Notes: generated by a model not told the origin, from the sequence alone. DNA of 52,651 nt from a virus (IMGVR_UViG_3300021599_002177:1-52651); one strand, 5' to 3'; shown: positions 28,905-39,250, counted from the first letter of the stretch. A program made the numbers and translations.

Positions 28905-29740
28905 GCGGCGTGGGATAAGCGCTCGCAAAATATATAACGGTTTGGTAACGAGCTCAGGATCCATATCGTGAAACGGTGTTGTTAGTTCCGGGATGTAGCT
29001 AGCTGCAGATCCACAATCGCCTGTGGATAAACGGACAGACTTAGAATTAACCCTGTACGACTAGTGCGAAGTAATGAACAGTAAGTACAACGGGTACACA
29101 AGGAACAACGGGACCAATGGGTCCACATCCTGGAAATGAGAATGTCAGCCGCAGCAATGATCACACTGGAGCTGTAGATCCATCTGTCTTTATTAGTTCC
29201 GGGAAGAGCCCTCTTCGCAAATCGGACAAATGCCCGGCACGAGGTACCCAGGCCACCTGGAAATAACAAGATGTCCGCGGCGAGCGCAGCTGCAGATCCG
29301 ATGCCCGGAAATTACATTGTTCGTGGTCCAGGGCCGGGATGGTCTTCTTGAGGGATTCCAAAGTTGAGTCGGGTTGGCTCAACGTTATGAAGACGGGTCC
29401 GTTGTCTTCTTTTTAAATTGTTAGTTCCAGGTCTACAGCTCAAGCTGACATCAACGGTGGCGGTGGTGGCGGAGGAGGCGTGCCCGCATCAAGCCCGGAA
29501 AATATAATGTAAGCGGCAGCCGCGGATCGAAGACGGGCGTCCCCCGGAAATAACACGGCGTGTTTGGGTTGACAGCTGGGACCGATCCGCACCCGGAAAA
29601 AAGAACGGCAAGTTACCGAGGAGTAGCTGCAGCTGTCGTTGAAACTTCAACTACTTGTAAGTTCCAGGCGGCATGCTAAGGAAGGGGGAAAAAATTAACG
29701 GTGAGGTTATTGAAATAGCGGCGTGGGATGGGTAGGGTTA
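28905..29740. repeat. GC-richer non-coding region with clustered CCNGGAA(A/C)T boxes
   Basis: About ten boxes in both orientations within 0.8 kb; no convincing ORF. Confidence 0.65.
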
Positions 29741-29772
29741 TATATACAAACGGATAGAGAAGGAGTGACGAC

Positions 29773-30210
29773 ATGCAAACATTCTTGCCATACGCAGAGT
29801 TCGAACGGAGTGCACAGGTACTGGACTATCGCAGACTGGGGAAGCAACGGGTAGAGACGTGGCAATTGATAAGAGCAATCAACGGTGAGACCAGAGGGTG
29901 GAGGAATCATCCTGCAGCAGTGATGTGGAGGGACCACGTCCCAGCGCTCGCACTGTATGGAAAAGTTATTTGTGAGGAATGGATTCGAAGAGGGTACAAC
30001 GATTCGATGCTGCCACGATTTGAATTAATACTTTCCGGGCACAGCGAGGATCTGCAGCTGCCATCTTGGTTGGGAAATGAAAACTTCCACGTCTCACACC
30101 AAAGCAACTTGATTCGCAAATTCCCAGAGCACTACAGAATGCATTGGCCAGAGGTACCCGAAGATTTGCCATACATATGGCCGGGAAGTGAAAACGTTCT
30201 GGCAGCCTGA
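29773..30210 (+). CDS. Pyrimidine-dimer DNA glycosylase / MSMEG_6728-like protein
   Basis: MQTFLPY..F..SA..LD.RRLGKQRVE...HPA..MW...E W..RGY...P.WLG...H.SHQSNL.RK. Confidence 0.85.
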   Translation: MQTFLPYAEFERSAQVLDYRRLGKQRVETWQLIRAINGETRGWRNHPAAVMWRDHVPALALYGKVICEEWIRRGYNDSMLPRFELILSGHSEDLQLPSWLGNENFHVSHQSNLIRKFPEHYRMHWPEVPEDLPYIWPGSENVLAA

Positions 30211-30362
30211 CAGCTGTAAAAGATCTTAAGTTTTTATTTCCAGGCCAGGGCCCCAGGAGCTCGACTCACGAGTCGACGTCAATACTTGACATCTGCCCTG
30301 AAGATAGTTATATAATAAATTCACTAGGGAACCCTAGGGTTTTAAATGACGAAAGGACCACC

Positions 30363-30767
30363 ATGGGTCAATACCATGTACTCGTTAACTACGATAAGAA
30401 AGAAGTTGTTACACCACACGAACTCGGCTTGGGTCTCAAGCAATGGGAACACATTGGATTTGAAGGCGGCACGCTTGCAGATGCGCTGTACATCTTGACG
30501 ATGACCAGTCCAGCTCGAGGCGGCGGGGACCTACCTGAGACTGCAATTTCCGGGAGATGGGCTGGAGACCGTTGTTTCGTTTACGGTGACTACACCGAGG
30601 CAAGTGATTTGCCAGACGGTATGTACGAATCGCTTACAGGCAAACTCGAGAAGTTTGAGGAAATCGGCTCGCTCGTTGCAACGGAGATGGGAAAAGTTTT
30701 TGATTTCACGATGAGCGGCGAGGGATGGAAGCACCGCATTAAAAACGGAACGGGTGCTGAAGTCTAA
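30363..30767 (+). CDS. Conserved phage hypothetical
   Basis: MGQYH...N.DK.E...GLKQWE...GRWAGDR...GDY; own promoter TTGACA...TATAAT at 30287-30316. Confidence 0.75.
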   Translation: MGQYHVLVNYDKKEVVTPHELGLGLKQWEHIGFEGGTLADALYILTMTSPARGGGDLPETAISGRWAGDRCFVYGDYTEASDLPDGMYESLTGKLEKFEEIGSLVATEMGKVFDFTMSGEGWKHRIKNGTGAEV

Positions 30768-30929
30768 CCCGGAAAAAAGAATTCAGGCTCGTCTTTAAGC
30801 TGCGTCTGTGAACGGGCAAGACGGCCTGACTATAGGAGGCTAGACCTGCAGGGTCGCTAACGGTTAGCGCTTTGTGTAGCAGGTCTGGTCTCCTTAATTT
30901 TTATATTACTAACGGAGAGGAAAAAAGGA

Positions 30930-31139
30930 ATGAGAAAAATAATTACAAAAATAGAATTTGAATTTGACGAAGCTGTGATGCTCGAGGACCCGGAAAATAC
31001 AATGACGGATGAGGACCTGCTGCAGCACGCTGCCACTTGCTTCACGGAAGACATTGAGCAAATGGTGAAGTACAACGAACTCTTCCAACTTGCGCTCGCC
31101 CAAACAAGATTCGTTCAGGTTGAGGAATTACAGCAGTGA
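30930..31139 (+). CDS. Small acidic hypothetical
   Basis: GGAGAGG RBS. Confidence 0.6.
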   Translation: MRKIITKIEFEFDEAVMLEDPENTMTDEDLLQHAATCFTEDIEQMVKYNELFQLALAQTRFVQVEELQQ

Positions 31140-31391
31140 TGTCCAGGCCAGGAAATAACAAATCCAGATGGGACACCAGAAGAAGGTCATCAGCCCGGAA
31201 CTTAGATTGTTCGCGTTATTTTAAGCGTTTTACTTTTGAGCGTAAATCCACCTGAAGGTGCAGGACCCCGGAGTGGAAATGAAAACTTCTTATAGAAAGA
31301 GAAACTCCTGACCTAGGTGTTCTTGCGCTGTTAAAATAATCTATGATAGGTTTTCACTGCTACACCAAACAAATGACGAAAGGGAAACAAA

Positions 31392-32006
31392 ATGCCAAAT
31401 TGGTGCGAAAACACAATCAGCATTAGTGGGAACGCTGGTTCAATTAAAAATCTAAAAGAGTTTGTTGGCAGACCAATAGATAGACAAGATGAAAAGATAG
31501 AAGAACCTATCTACTCACTTGCCAACATTATGCCTTCAACTCCTGATGCTCCCCCAATACTGGGCGAGGCTTCTAAGAGCACAGGTCATGAGGATTGGTA
31601 TCACAACAACATAAACTCTTGGGGAACTAAGTGGGATGTGGCTGGCAATGTCTTTATGAACGACTACAAAGAAGGCGACGAGTTTATAGGTTATACATTT
31701 GACTCGGCTTGGTCTCCACCAACACCAACAACACGGGCACTGTCAGAGATTTTCCCGGAACTAACTATTGAACATAAGTATTATGAATCTGGTTGTGATT
31801 TCTGGGGTATTGAAACTTACAAGGCTGGCGAGTTGGTATCCGAGGAAGGTGGCGAGTTAAGCCACACCGCTTGGGAACGGCTAGAGATAGACTGTTATCA
31901 GTGCGAACAATACGGAAACGAACCCGAGGAGTATGAAGAGTATCTTTACTCGGACTGCCCACCAGCAATAGAGTTAGCGAAAAAGACAGGCGTGGTATCG
32001 GTATGA
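31392..32006 (+). CDS. DUF1281/YubB-like ferredoxin-fold protein
   Basis: MPNWCEN, WY...WGTKWD, FDSAWSPP, FP.L...YYE.G..F.G. Confidence 0.8.
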   Translation: MPNWCENTISISGNAGSIKNLKEFVGRPIDRQDEKIEEPIYSLANIMPSTPDAPPILGEASKSTGHEDWYHNNINSWGTKWDVAGNVFMNDYKEGDEFIGYTFDSAWSPPTPTTRALSEIFPELTIEHKYYESGCDFWGIETYKAGELVSEEGGELSHTAWERLEIDCYQCEQYGNEPEEYEEYLYSDCPPAIELAKKTGVVSV

Positions 32007-32153
32007 CGGCGAGGGGTAGGGGGAAAAACCTACCCACTCAACGGCAAGAGGAGTTTGGATCCAGGCCAGATGCCCGGAAATAAAAACTTAGAAACGAGAG
32101 ACAGCTTGCAAATACAACCGCTAGACTAACGGCTAGAGAAAGAGAGGACACCA

Positions 32154-32438
32154 ATGGGTCGCATACATTATTTTGACATTGACGGGAACTACGGGAACGC
32201 CAATCAAATAACTCTTGTAGGAACAGAGAACTGGATACACGAGGACTTCCTATTAGTTCGTGAAGCCAAAGATGAGGAACGCTATCTAGTTGCTCGTCTT
32301 GTATCGGATTGGATTACAGAAGGACGAGATACCAAGAAATATAAAAAGGAATTTAAGAAGTATGGATTAAAACCACATACTGCTACTGAACCTGCCCAAG
32401 AACTTCCACCACAGTTAAAAGAGATAGACATGAACTAA
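32154..32438 (+). CDS. Hypothetical
   Basis: YF..DGNYG.A; GAGG RBS. Confidence 0.65.
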   Translation: MGRIHYFDIDGNYGNANQITLVGTENWIHEDFLLVREAKDEERYLVARLVSDWITEGRDTKKYKKEFKKYGLKPHTATEPAQELPPQLKEIDMN

Positions 32439-32464
32439 TAAGATAAGTTCCTATACATATAGAT

Positions 32465-32516
32465 TTCTGCCCTTACGATTTTACTCGTCATTTTATCGTG
32501 AGGGCAGAACCTTTTT
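32465..32516 (+). terminator. 15-bp hairpin with 15-nt loop, followed by a T-tract
   Basis: TTCTGCCCTTACGAT / ATCGTGAGGGCAGAA; loop TTTACTCGTCATTTT. Confidence 0.75.
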
Positions 32517-32635
32517 CCCCCTTCTTATGTAGAAAAAATAAATTGCGACACAACTTGCTTATATGATGAAAACTGCTAGAATTGACCCAACACCGAGTTC
32601 GTAGGGAACTTGGTAAATGACGAAACGAGATACCA

Positions 32636-33097
32636 ATGCTAGACAAAGAAAAACCAATTCAGGGTGTTTCTGTTTATGCCGAGTTTGTAAAACCGGGATA
32701 CAGAACAGAAATGTTTATTACTCCTGACGGATATACCCCGACAGGTGAGATAGTTCCTGCCAAGATTTATCGCAGGGTCGTATCAAAGGACAAGCCAAAG
32801 AAGTTATGGCAACAGACCACAGTTCAGTTCGCAGATGATATTGCGACAGTTGGTGGCTACAAGGATTTATCTGATGTTGCTCTCAAAGACCAATATGTTT
32901 CTAAGCGTTTAGAACACCTACAAGCCATATTCGCTGGTTTGGTATCAGGTGAGTGGGAAATGAAAAATGACCCATTTCTAATAGAAACTTCTCAAAATGA
33001 TTTGATTGAGATTGGCAAAAGTGAAACACCAGTAAAAGTAATTTATCGTATCAACCAAAGCAGAAAAGCACTTGGCTTTCCTGTTGAGATTGCTTAG
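32636..33097 (+). CDS. Hypothetical, first gene of AAA operon
   Basis: 153-aa ORF after TGCTAGAAT promoter. Confidence 0.7.
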   Translation: MLDKEKPIQGVSVYAEFVKPGYRTEMFITPDGYTPTGEIVPAKIYRRVVSKDKPKKLWQQTTVQFADDIATVGGYKDLSDVALKDQYVSKRLEHLQAIFAGLVSGEWEMKNDPFLIETSQNDLIEIGKSETPVKVIYRINQSRKALGFPVEIA

Positions 33098-33109
33098 GGG
33101 GCAATAAAA

Positions 33110-33936
33110 ATGGATACAATTATCAAAGACAAATTGGCAGAACTAAGAGGCGATTTTTGGACTATCGTTTCTGATTGCTTGGCTCAAAGTGTCCATGAGG
33201 ATACTTCTTTGCGACTTGGCGCAAAGGTGTTGCCTAGTGGTCGTTGCGTTGAGCGAGCAAGTGGCGACAAGAGAAAAGCAAGAGAGCGAGTTAGTGCTAT
33301 GACCCCTAGTGGTGTTGAGGTTGAGAACCTAAGTGCTGATGAGTTTTATGTTCGTCCTAATGGACAAAAGTATTTCACTCGCCAATGGGGAGTTCATACT
33401 GATGTAGCAGTTCTACGCAAAGCAAGAGAAGCAACTAAAAAATACTTCACAGAGGGCGTTGGTTCTCCACAGTTCGCATTTTTCTATGGAGTTCCGGGAA
33501 CAGGTAAAACTGCTTTGGTAGAAGCAAGTTTTTGAACCCTGATAGGGGAACTATCAAAGTCCATGAAAACTTTTATGTAATTTCTGCTACCAACCCTAAC
33601 GCTCCGGGAGTTCGCATGAGCGAAGCGTTGCTATCTCGTTTCCAAATCCAAGCAGAACTAACAACTGATTGGTCGTTGGCAAAGAAGTTAGGTGTTCCAG
33701 CGACAATGGTTAGCGTTGCTCAAAATCTTTACAAGCGCACACAAGGCGATAGTGCTGAAATCTCATGGTCGCCACAAATGCGTGAGTTGCTAGGTTTCAG
33801 AGATACAAGTGAAATCTTTGGAACAGAGTTTGCTATCTCTAATCTAATTGCGAGCGCACCTGAATTAGATAGAGATGTTGTTGTTGATGTTATTGCTCGT
33901 GCCTTTGGCGCAGAGCATAAGCCAGCGAAAATCTAG
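33110..33936 (+). pseudogene. MoxR/CbbQ-like AAA+ ATPase split into 33110-33535 and 33532-33936
   Basis: Walker A GVPGTGKT then stop; next frame has ATNP, SEALLSRF, SPQMREL; no Walker B between them. Confidence 0.75.
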
Positions 33937-34009
33937 GTTTTCCCTAGAACCTAGTTGTTGGCTAGGAAGTGGGGGATTGGTGTTGGTATCCCAACCCCCA
34001 CTACTCCTA
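33933..34009 (+). other. Two 3'-UTR hairpins after AAA gene
   Basis: CTAGGTT-TTCCCTAG-AACCTAG and AGTGGGGG(A)TTGG-TGTTGGTATC-CCAACCCCCACT. Confidence 0.7.
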
Positions 34010-34118
34010 CATATAAAGAGAGAAAAAAGATTTTTTCCCCCTTCATATATAGACAAAATAAAAATAAAAATGATATGATATTTCCACAAGGACACACGAT
34101 TAGAAAAGGACACAGGAC

Positions 34119-35826
34119 ATGGCACATATCAAGCCACAGGAACTAAGTCGTTCCAAGATAAAGACACCTAGCGATTGGCTAGGAGTTGGCTATGAAATTA
34201 CTCAATTAGTAAATCTTTGGTCTGATAGAACAGACCTAGTTGCTTTGCTAGGAACAGAAGCAGGTCAAGGCGCACCTGCTTGCTATCTACCTGCTCTCGC
34301 AGAAGTAGAAGTAAATACAAAAGAAGCCTTTGGTGAAATCACTACACCTAACATGATTGACGACTTGACTAAAAGAAAGAACCAATACGAGTTTGCTAAG
34401 GCAGTTGGCGCAATTCGCCATGAGGCATACCACGCAAAGTTTTCAGCATGGGATATTCCACTCGCAGGTAAGACACTAAAGCAAGATGAGTTTGAGGCTT
34501 TGATGTTGCTAGAGGAAGGTCGCATAGAAGCGTGGGGTATCAAGACCCACCCTGACGCAAAAGTTTTTCTACGAGCAAGTGCTATGGGTTTGATTAGCAA
34601 GAATTATCGCAGGGTCGCTTGATGAACTCCAAGCCTTTGATTTAGTAGATAAGGTCAATGGCATTTTAGGTTCTGACCTAGTTATGAAACTAAAGGAAAT
34701 TATTTACCAATTCCAAGACCACGCAATTCATACTGATATTTCTGCTTGCTACCCACTAGCGATTGAGTGGGCGAGATTAGTTCGTGAGAAGGCAGAGGAA
34801 GCAGGGGAACAACCAACTAAAGAGGAACAAGAAGCGTTTGCTGAAATGATGAGCGACTTACTTGGTGAAATGAAAGAAAACATTTCTATCTCTAATGCCA
34901 ATGAGTTATCAGAGCAGAAGCAATCAGAGGACATGAAAGAGAGCGCAACTGCTAAAGCCAATACTTCTAAAGAGCAAAAGAAAAATGAGGAAATTGCTCG
35001 TCAAGTATTCTCAAAGAGTTCAGGTCCGGGAGAGGCAAGCACTCGCTCACAGTTGATTGAGAAGCGAAGCCCAAATGGTAAAGAGCGCAATAGCGCAGTA
35101 AAAATTGCTAGGGCTTTGGATAGAGCAAAGTATCGTGAGCGTGGTGTGATTGAGATTGGAAGTGTTATCCCACCGGGAAAACTAAACACTCGCAAAATTA
35201 TTCAGGCAAAGGCTTTGGAACAAAAAGGTATCTTTACTCAACCAAAGGCTTTCACAAAGAAAGTTCGTAAGCACACAGACGAACCTGAATTATCAGTTGG
35301 CGTAATGGTTGATATATCAGGCTCAATGAGTTCTGCTATGAACCCAATGGCTTCTACTGCTTGGATTATGGGTGAGGCAGTTCGCCGAGTTCAGGGTCGT
35401 TGCGCTATGGTTTATTATGGTTCAGATGTTTTCCCAACTCTCAAAGTTGGACAACGCCTAAAAGATGTAAATGTTTATTCTGCCCCTGACGGAACTGAAA
35501 AGTTTGATAGAGCCTTTCGTGCTTTGGACGGCGCACTCAATCTGCTCAATGGTGAGGGCGCAAGATTATTGGTCGTTGTATCTGACGGACACTACACAAG
35601 TGAGGAAATGGAAAGCGCAAAGGCGTGGGTTGCTCGTTGCTCAAAGAACGGCGTAGCAGTTCTATGGTTGCCAATCGGAGATAACGGCGCAACCGCAAAG
35701 CATATTTGCGCTGGTGCTAACGCAGAGGTCGTTGAGAACATAACTGACCCAAGTGTGTCTGCTTTGATTATCGGCAAGAACGCCGAGAAAGTTTTATCAA
35801 CGGCAGGGCAAAGGTTCGTGGCATGA
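34119..35826 (+). pseudogene. CobT-like metallopeptidase-VWA protein split into 34119-34622 and 34594/34684-35826
   Basis: HEAYH and EEGRIE in 5' part; MIDAS DISGSM, T and VSDG in 3' part; frame changes near 34594. Confidence 0.75.
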
Positions 35827-35840
35827 GATAACGGCGAGGT

Positions 35841-35930
35841 TTCGTGGTCGGGTATCGTCCTTATTGGTGCGTGTGTCCCCCCGATTACGGATAGAGAAAT
35901 CCCCTTCGTGTATGCGAGGGGGATTTTCTT
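35841..35930 (+). terminator. Large-loop hairpin plus intrinsic terminator after VWA gene
   Basis: TTCGTGGTCGGG/CCCGATTACGGA, then AAATCCCCTTCG...CGAGGGGGATTTT. Confidence 0.7.
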
Positions 35931-36284
35931 TTCCCCCTTTATATGTATGCGCTATATAAGAAGGGGGAAAAAACGGATAGGACGAGAGAAGCTTTAGCGA
36001 AAGGAAGTTTTCATTTCCCCTACCTAGCCGACCAGACCGAGTAGTCGTTGAGCGTAAAGTTGCTGAAGCATGACGGAACTAAATAATCTATTTTCCCGCT
36101 TTCATAAAGAGTAAAAATCCTACGAACTTATATTTTCAGTTCCACCCCAAGTCGTTACCCACCCAGGAATTTACGCTCAAAAATTAAAGATGACGCATAG
36201 GAAGTAAAAACTTTTATTTGTTATTGACGATTACTGCTCGCTTTATGATAGGATTTTCCCAAGACAAATGACGAAAGGTAAAAC

Positions 36285-36437
36285 ATGAAATACGAAGTAG
36301 TAGTTTCAGCAAACATCAGAACTGTATGGGAAGCCGATAGTGAGGAACAGGCTTTACGACAAGCAGAGGCTTGGACGGCAGAGGAATATGGCGACCTAGT
36401 TCATAAAGCAAACTTTGACGCAAGGGAGATTTCATAA
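36285..36437 (+). CDS. 50-aa hypothetical
   Basis: MKYEVVV...EADSEEQA; AAATGACGAAAGG leader. Confidence 0.65.
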   Translation: MKYEVVVSANIRTVWEADSEEQALRQAEAWTAEEYGDLVHKANFDAREIS

Positions 36438-36661
36438 TGGCTGAAATCCATTACCTGATTTGTTTTGATACAGAAACTAAAAAATGGAAAGCGGCTGACG
36501 AGGCTTTGGGTTCATGGTTTAGAAACGGCCCGGTGTGGGACGGCCCGGATCATGATGAGGGCAAGTGGAGATTACTAAATTATGACGACCCTATTGAAAT
36601 GGATTTGGAATACGAGGCAACTGAAAAAGTCGGCGAGATGTTACGCCAACTAAATAAGTAG
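36437..36661 (+). CDS. Hypothetical
   Basis: TAATG coupling. Confidence 0.65.
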   Translation: MAEIHYLICFDTETKKWKAADEALGSWFRNGPVWDGPDHDEGKWRLLNYDDPIEMDLEYEATEKVGEMLRQLNK

Positions 36662-36670
36662 GGGGAAAAA

Positions 36671-37138
36671 ATGCCAACGGCAGGGGAATATGAGATTGAG
36701 TTCTTTTGGCTTGACGGAAACACTCCTGACGGCGAGCATCAAGATAGTGTGTGGTGGGAGAACGGAGCGGTCTGCAAAGTTGGCTTGGGTGATTTCGAAG
36801 TAACAATTAATGTAGACGGTGTAACTAGGATTGAGGATAGAGAAACGGGTAGCACCTACACAAGCAGTAGCGAGTTCCCTAGCGAGATAAATAACGACAG
36901 AGCTTTATCGGAAGCGAGTTCTGGAAACTACCCACGCTTTGAGTGGCAAAACAATTCGTGGTTCGACATTTACACATCTGACGGAGAACACTTAGACATG
37001 GTTAATCACGAGGCAGACGAAGCCTTTGACCAAGCGTGTGAGTATTTGATTGAGCAGTTCGTAAATGTTTGTATGATTGAAAATAATCAAATGCCACAAG
37101 TTGAGGGCAGACAAGTCGTGGTTCTTGATTTAGATTAG
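36671..37138 (+). CDS. Acidic hypothetical
   Basis: 155-aa ORF, NNSWF motif. Confidence 0.7.
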   Translation: MPTAGEYEIEFFWLDGNTPDGEHQDSVWWENGAVCKVGLGDFEVTINVDGVTRIEDRETGSTYTSSSEFPSEINNDRALSEASSGNYPRFEWQNNSWFDIYTSDGEHLDMVNHEADEAFDQACEYLIEQFVNVCMIENNQMPQVEGRQVVVLDLD

Positions 37139-37183
37139 ATTTTTGGTAGAATAGACCTAAGACAAAATGACGAGGGGTAAAAA

Positions 37184-37678
37184 ATGCATTGTGTTCAATT
37201 ACTTTTGGTTGAGGCAGATACTCACCAAGAAGCAATAGGGGAAGTTGAAAGCAGACTAGAGGAAGCAGATTGGTCTGATTGGTCTGAAGTTGGTGGTCGC
37301 TGGCAAGGTATGTTCGGAGATGATGAACCTACTAACGCTCTAAATTATGCTAATGACCCTGAAGTATTTATGAAGTGGATAAACACTTTTACTGAATACA
37401 GAACTACTAACATAAAAGAGGCTCTCGCTGGTTTAGATAAAAAGGGAAAAACTCTAAATGAAATTGTGGATACTTATGACCCAAGAGTAAATGATTTTGA
37501 GTTAGGTATGTCTGGCTACTACATAAGAAGGATTGGAACTTTGCTTGCCGATTATTGGACTAGCGATAGTGCTATCTGGGATTTAGCGGCAGGAACAGGA
37601 AATCTAAGTTATCTTATTGAAAGAATAGAAAAAGAACCGAAAAGACAATTTGCAGTAATTGTTGATTTCCACCACTAA
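37184..37678 (+). CDS. Conserved phage hypothetical
   Basis: MH..., DW..VGGRW.G, C-terminal VDFHH. Confidence 0.75.
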   Translation: MHCVQLLLVEADTHQEAIGEVESRLEEADWSDWSEVGGRWQGMFGDDEPTNALNYANDPEVFMKWINTFTEYRTTNIKEALAGLDKKGKTLNEIVDTYDPRVNDFELGMSGYYIRRIGTLLADYWTSDSAIWDLAAGTGNLSYLIERIEKEPKRQFAVIVDFHH

Positions 37679-37718
37679 AAAGAGTAGAATAAAGATACCG
37701 AACAGAAAGGGAAAATAA

Positions 37719-37958
37719 ATGACGGCTTTCGGTGAAATGGTTGAGAACACGACTTACATTGTGGAAACTCCAAAATGTTTTGTGTGTGGAGATTATGGGC
37801 AAGTAGAAGTGCCTATGACGGGTTTTCTAATTAGACAACTCGGTGGGCTAATCCAAGAGGCTTACCCCGATTTAGATTTAGGCTTGCGTGAGCAAATGAT
37901 TTCAGGCACGCACCCTGATTGTTGGGAACTCCGTTTTGGAAAGTGTGAAACGGCGTGA
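37719..37958 (+). CDS. Small zinc-binding phage protein
   Basis: CxxC...IQ.A.P.L....RE..ISGTHP.CW. Confidence 0.75.
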   Translation: MTAFGEMVENTTYIVETPKCFVCGDYGQVEVPMTGFLIRQLGGLIQEAYPDLDLGLREQMISGTHPDCWELRFGKCETA

Positions 37959-38152
37959 GAACAAAAAAGCAAGTCCGTAAGGACATAAAAGACCAAGCAG
38001 AACAAATAATGTATTTCGAGGCAAGTATGCCCGACATAGACAAAGCAACAAAGATGTTAGCCGAACGGCTAGAGAGTCTTTACTATGCTGGTTATGATGA
38101 CGGATTGGATTACGCAGTAAATAATCCTGACAAACTAGGTGCTTCCTACTAA
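37955..38152 (+). CDS. Hypothetical
   Basis: GTGA overlap. Confidence 0.6.
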   Translation: MRTKKQVRKDIKDQAEQIMYFEASMPDIDKATKMLAERLESLYYAGYDDGLDYAVNNPDKLGASY

Positions 38153-38175
38153 CGACAAAACGAAACGGAGAAAAA

Positions 38176-38379
38176 ATGTTTTTCAATGGATTTACTTTAC
38201 TAATGATGATTATTGGCGGTGGGATTGGATTTGCTATCTCACGCTGGACTCTCACTACTGAATACCTTGTGGATAACTTAGCCAATAGAGTTGGACACGA
38301 ATACGACTCGGAAGGTCAAGTTGTTATTTACACAGGACTTTATGACGAGGAACAAGAAGTCTATGCTGAGGGCTACTGA
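38176..38379 (+). CDS. Small membrane protein
   Basis: N-terminal TM; GGAG RBS. Confidence 0.65.
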   Translation: MFFNGFTLLMMIIGGGIGFAISRWTLTTEYLVDNLANRVGHEYDSEGQVVIYTGLYDEEQEVYAEGY

Positions 38380-38509
38380 TTTTTTCCCCCTTATTATGTA
38401 GAGGCGACACAGTAAGTTTGGATTTGCGAAAGGCAGGAAAGTAGGCTATTATTTTCTTACTAGGCAATCACGCTTAGTAAATGACGAAACGAAAGGTAGG
38501 AAGTAGCCA

Positions 38510-38944
38510 ATGGCTAGCACTATCAAATCAAGCACCACAACCACAACCAAAAAGGTTGCTGGTAAGACAGTAAAGACAGTTGTTGATGAAACAACAGTTA
38601 GCGCAACAAGTGATGTTATTTCACTTGATAAGAACAAGAAAAAGGCAGAAGCCTTGATTGCTGAATTGGTTAGATTGCGTGAAGCAATTACCGATTTGGA
38701 AAAGGAAAAGACAGAAGCCACAGAAGCGATTTATGCGCTTATGGGTTGGGAGAAAGTCTTGATTGGCGATACCGAGAAATGGGTCGGCGTTGCTAATAAG
38801 GGAACAATCAACGGCGGAACAAGAATTACAATTTCTAACCGCTCACGCACAGATGTAAATAAGAAACTACTAGAAGCAGATTTCCCTGAAGTCTTTGCCA
38901 AGACTAAAGTGGAAACTACTTACACAGTAGTATCTACTAAATAG
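38510..38944 (+). CDS. Hypothetical coiled-coil protein
   Basis: Own promoter and terminator; ...LLEADFPEVFAK... Confidence 0.7.
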   Translation: MASTIKSSTTTTTKKVAGKTVKTVVDETTVSATSDVISLDKNKKKAEALIAELVRLREAITDLEKEKTEATEAIYALMGWEKVLIGDTEKWVGVANKGTINGGTRITISNRSRTDVNKKLLEADFPEVFAKTKVETTYTVVSTK

Positions 38945-39115
38945 ACAATCCCTAGTCGGCAGAACCCCTTGCGAAAGCAGGGGGTTTTGTTTTTCCCCCC
39001 TACTATGTATAAAGGGGGAAAAAAGAAAACGGCACGAGGTTGTAGAAAAAGTCAGATAGGCTTGGTAGAATAGAGTTGTTAGCAAGGGGCTAACGGCTAG
39101 GGAAAAGGAAAACAA

Positions 39116-39250
39116 ATGAAAGATGTATGGGCTTCATCAGTAAGCGCAGAAATGGCAAACGGCTTGACGAAAAAGGAACTAGAGCAGTTGGTAGAGGAAT
39201 TAGATGATGCGGTAATGCGTGTCTGCCTAGACTTTGGAATAGAGGGGTAA
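39116..39250 (+). CDS. 44-aa hypothetical
   Basis: MKDVWASSV...ELDDAV; promoter and CTAGGGAAAAGG leader. Confidence 0.65.
   Translation: MKDVWASSVSAEMANGLTKKELEQLVEELDDAVMRVCLDFGIEG

Noticed and set aside
28982-29382. Minus-strand ORFs in the box-rich region
   Set aside because: No RBS or protein-like features; better explained as non-coding.
33500-33560. Programmed frameshift at the T-run restoring the AAA ATPase
   Set aside because: Even a frameshifted product would lack Walker B; sequence is missing, not just shifted.
32761-34617. 20-mer CAAGAWTTATCGCAGGGTCG at 32761 and 34598, next to the VWA break
   Set aside because: Both copies read as sensible protein in different frames; treated as probable coincidence, though it could be rechecked as a mis-assembly seed.
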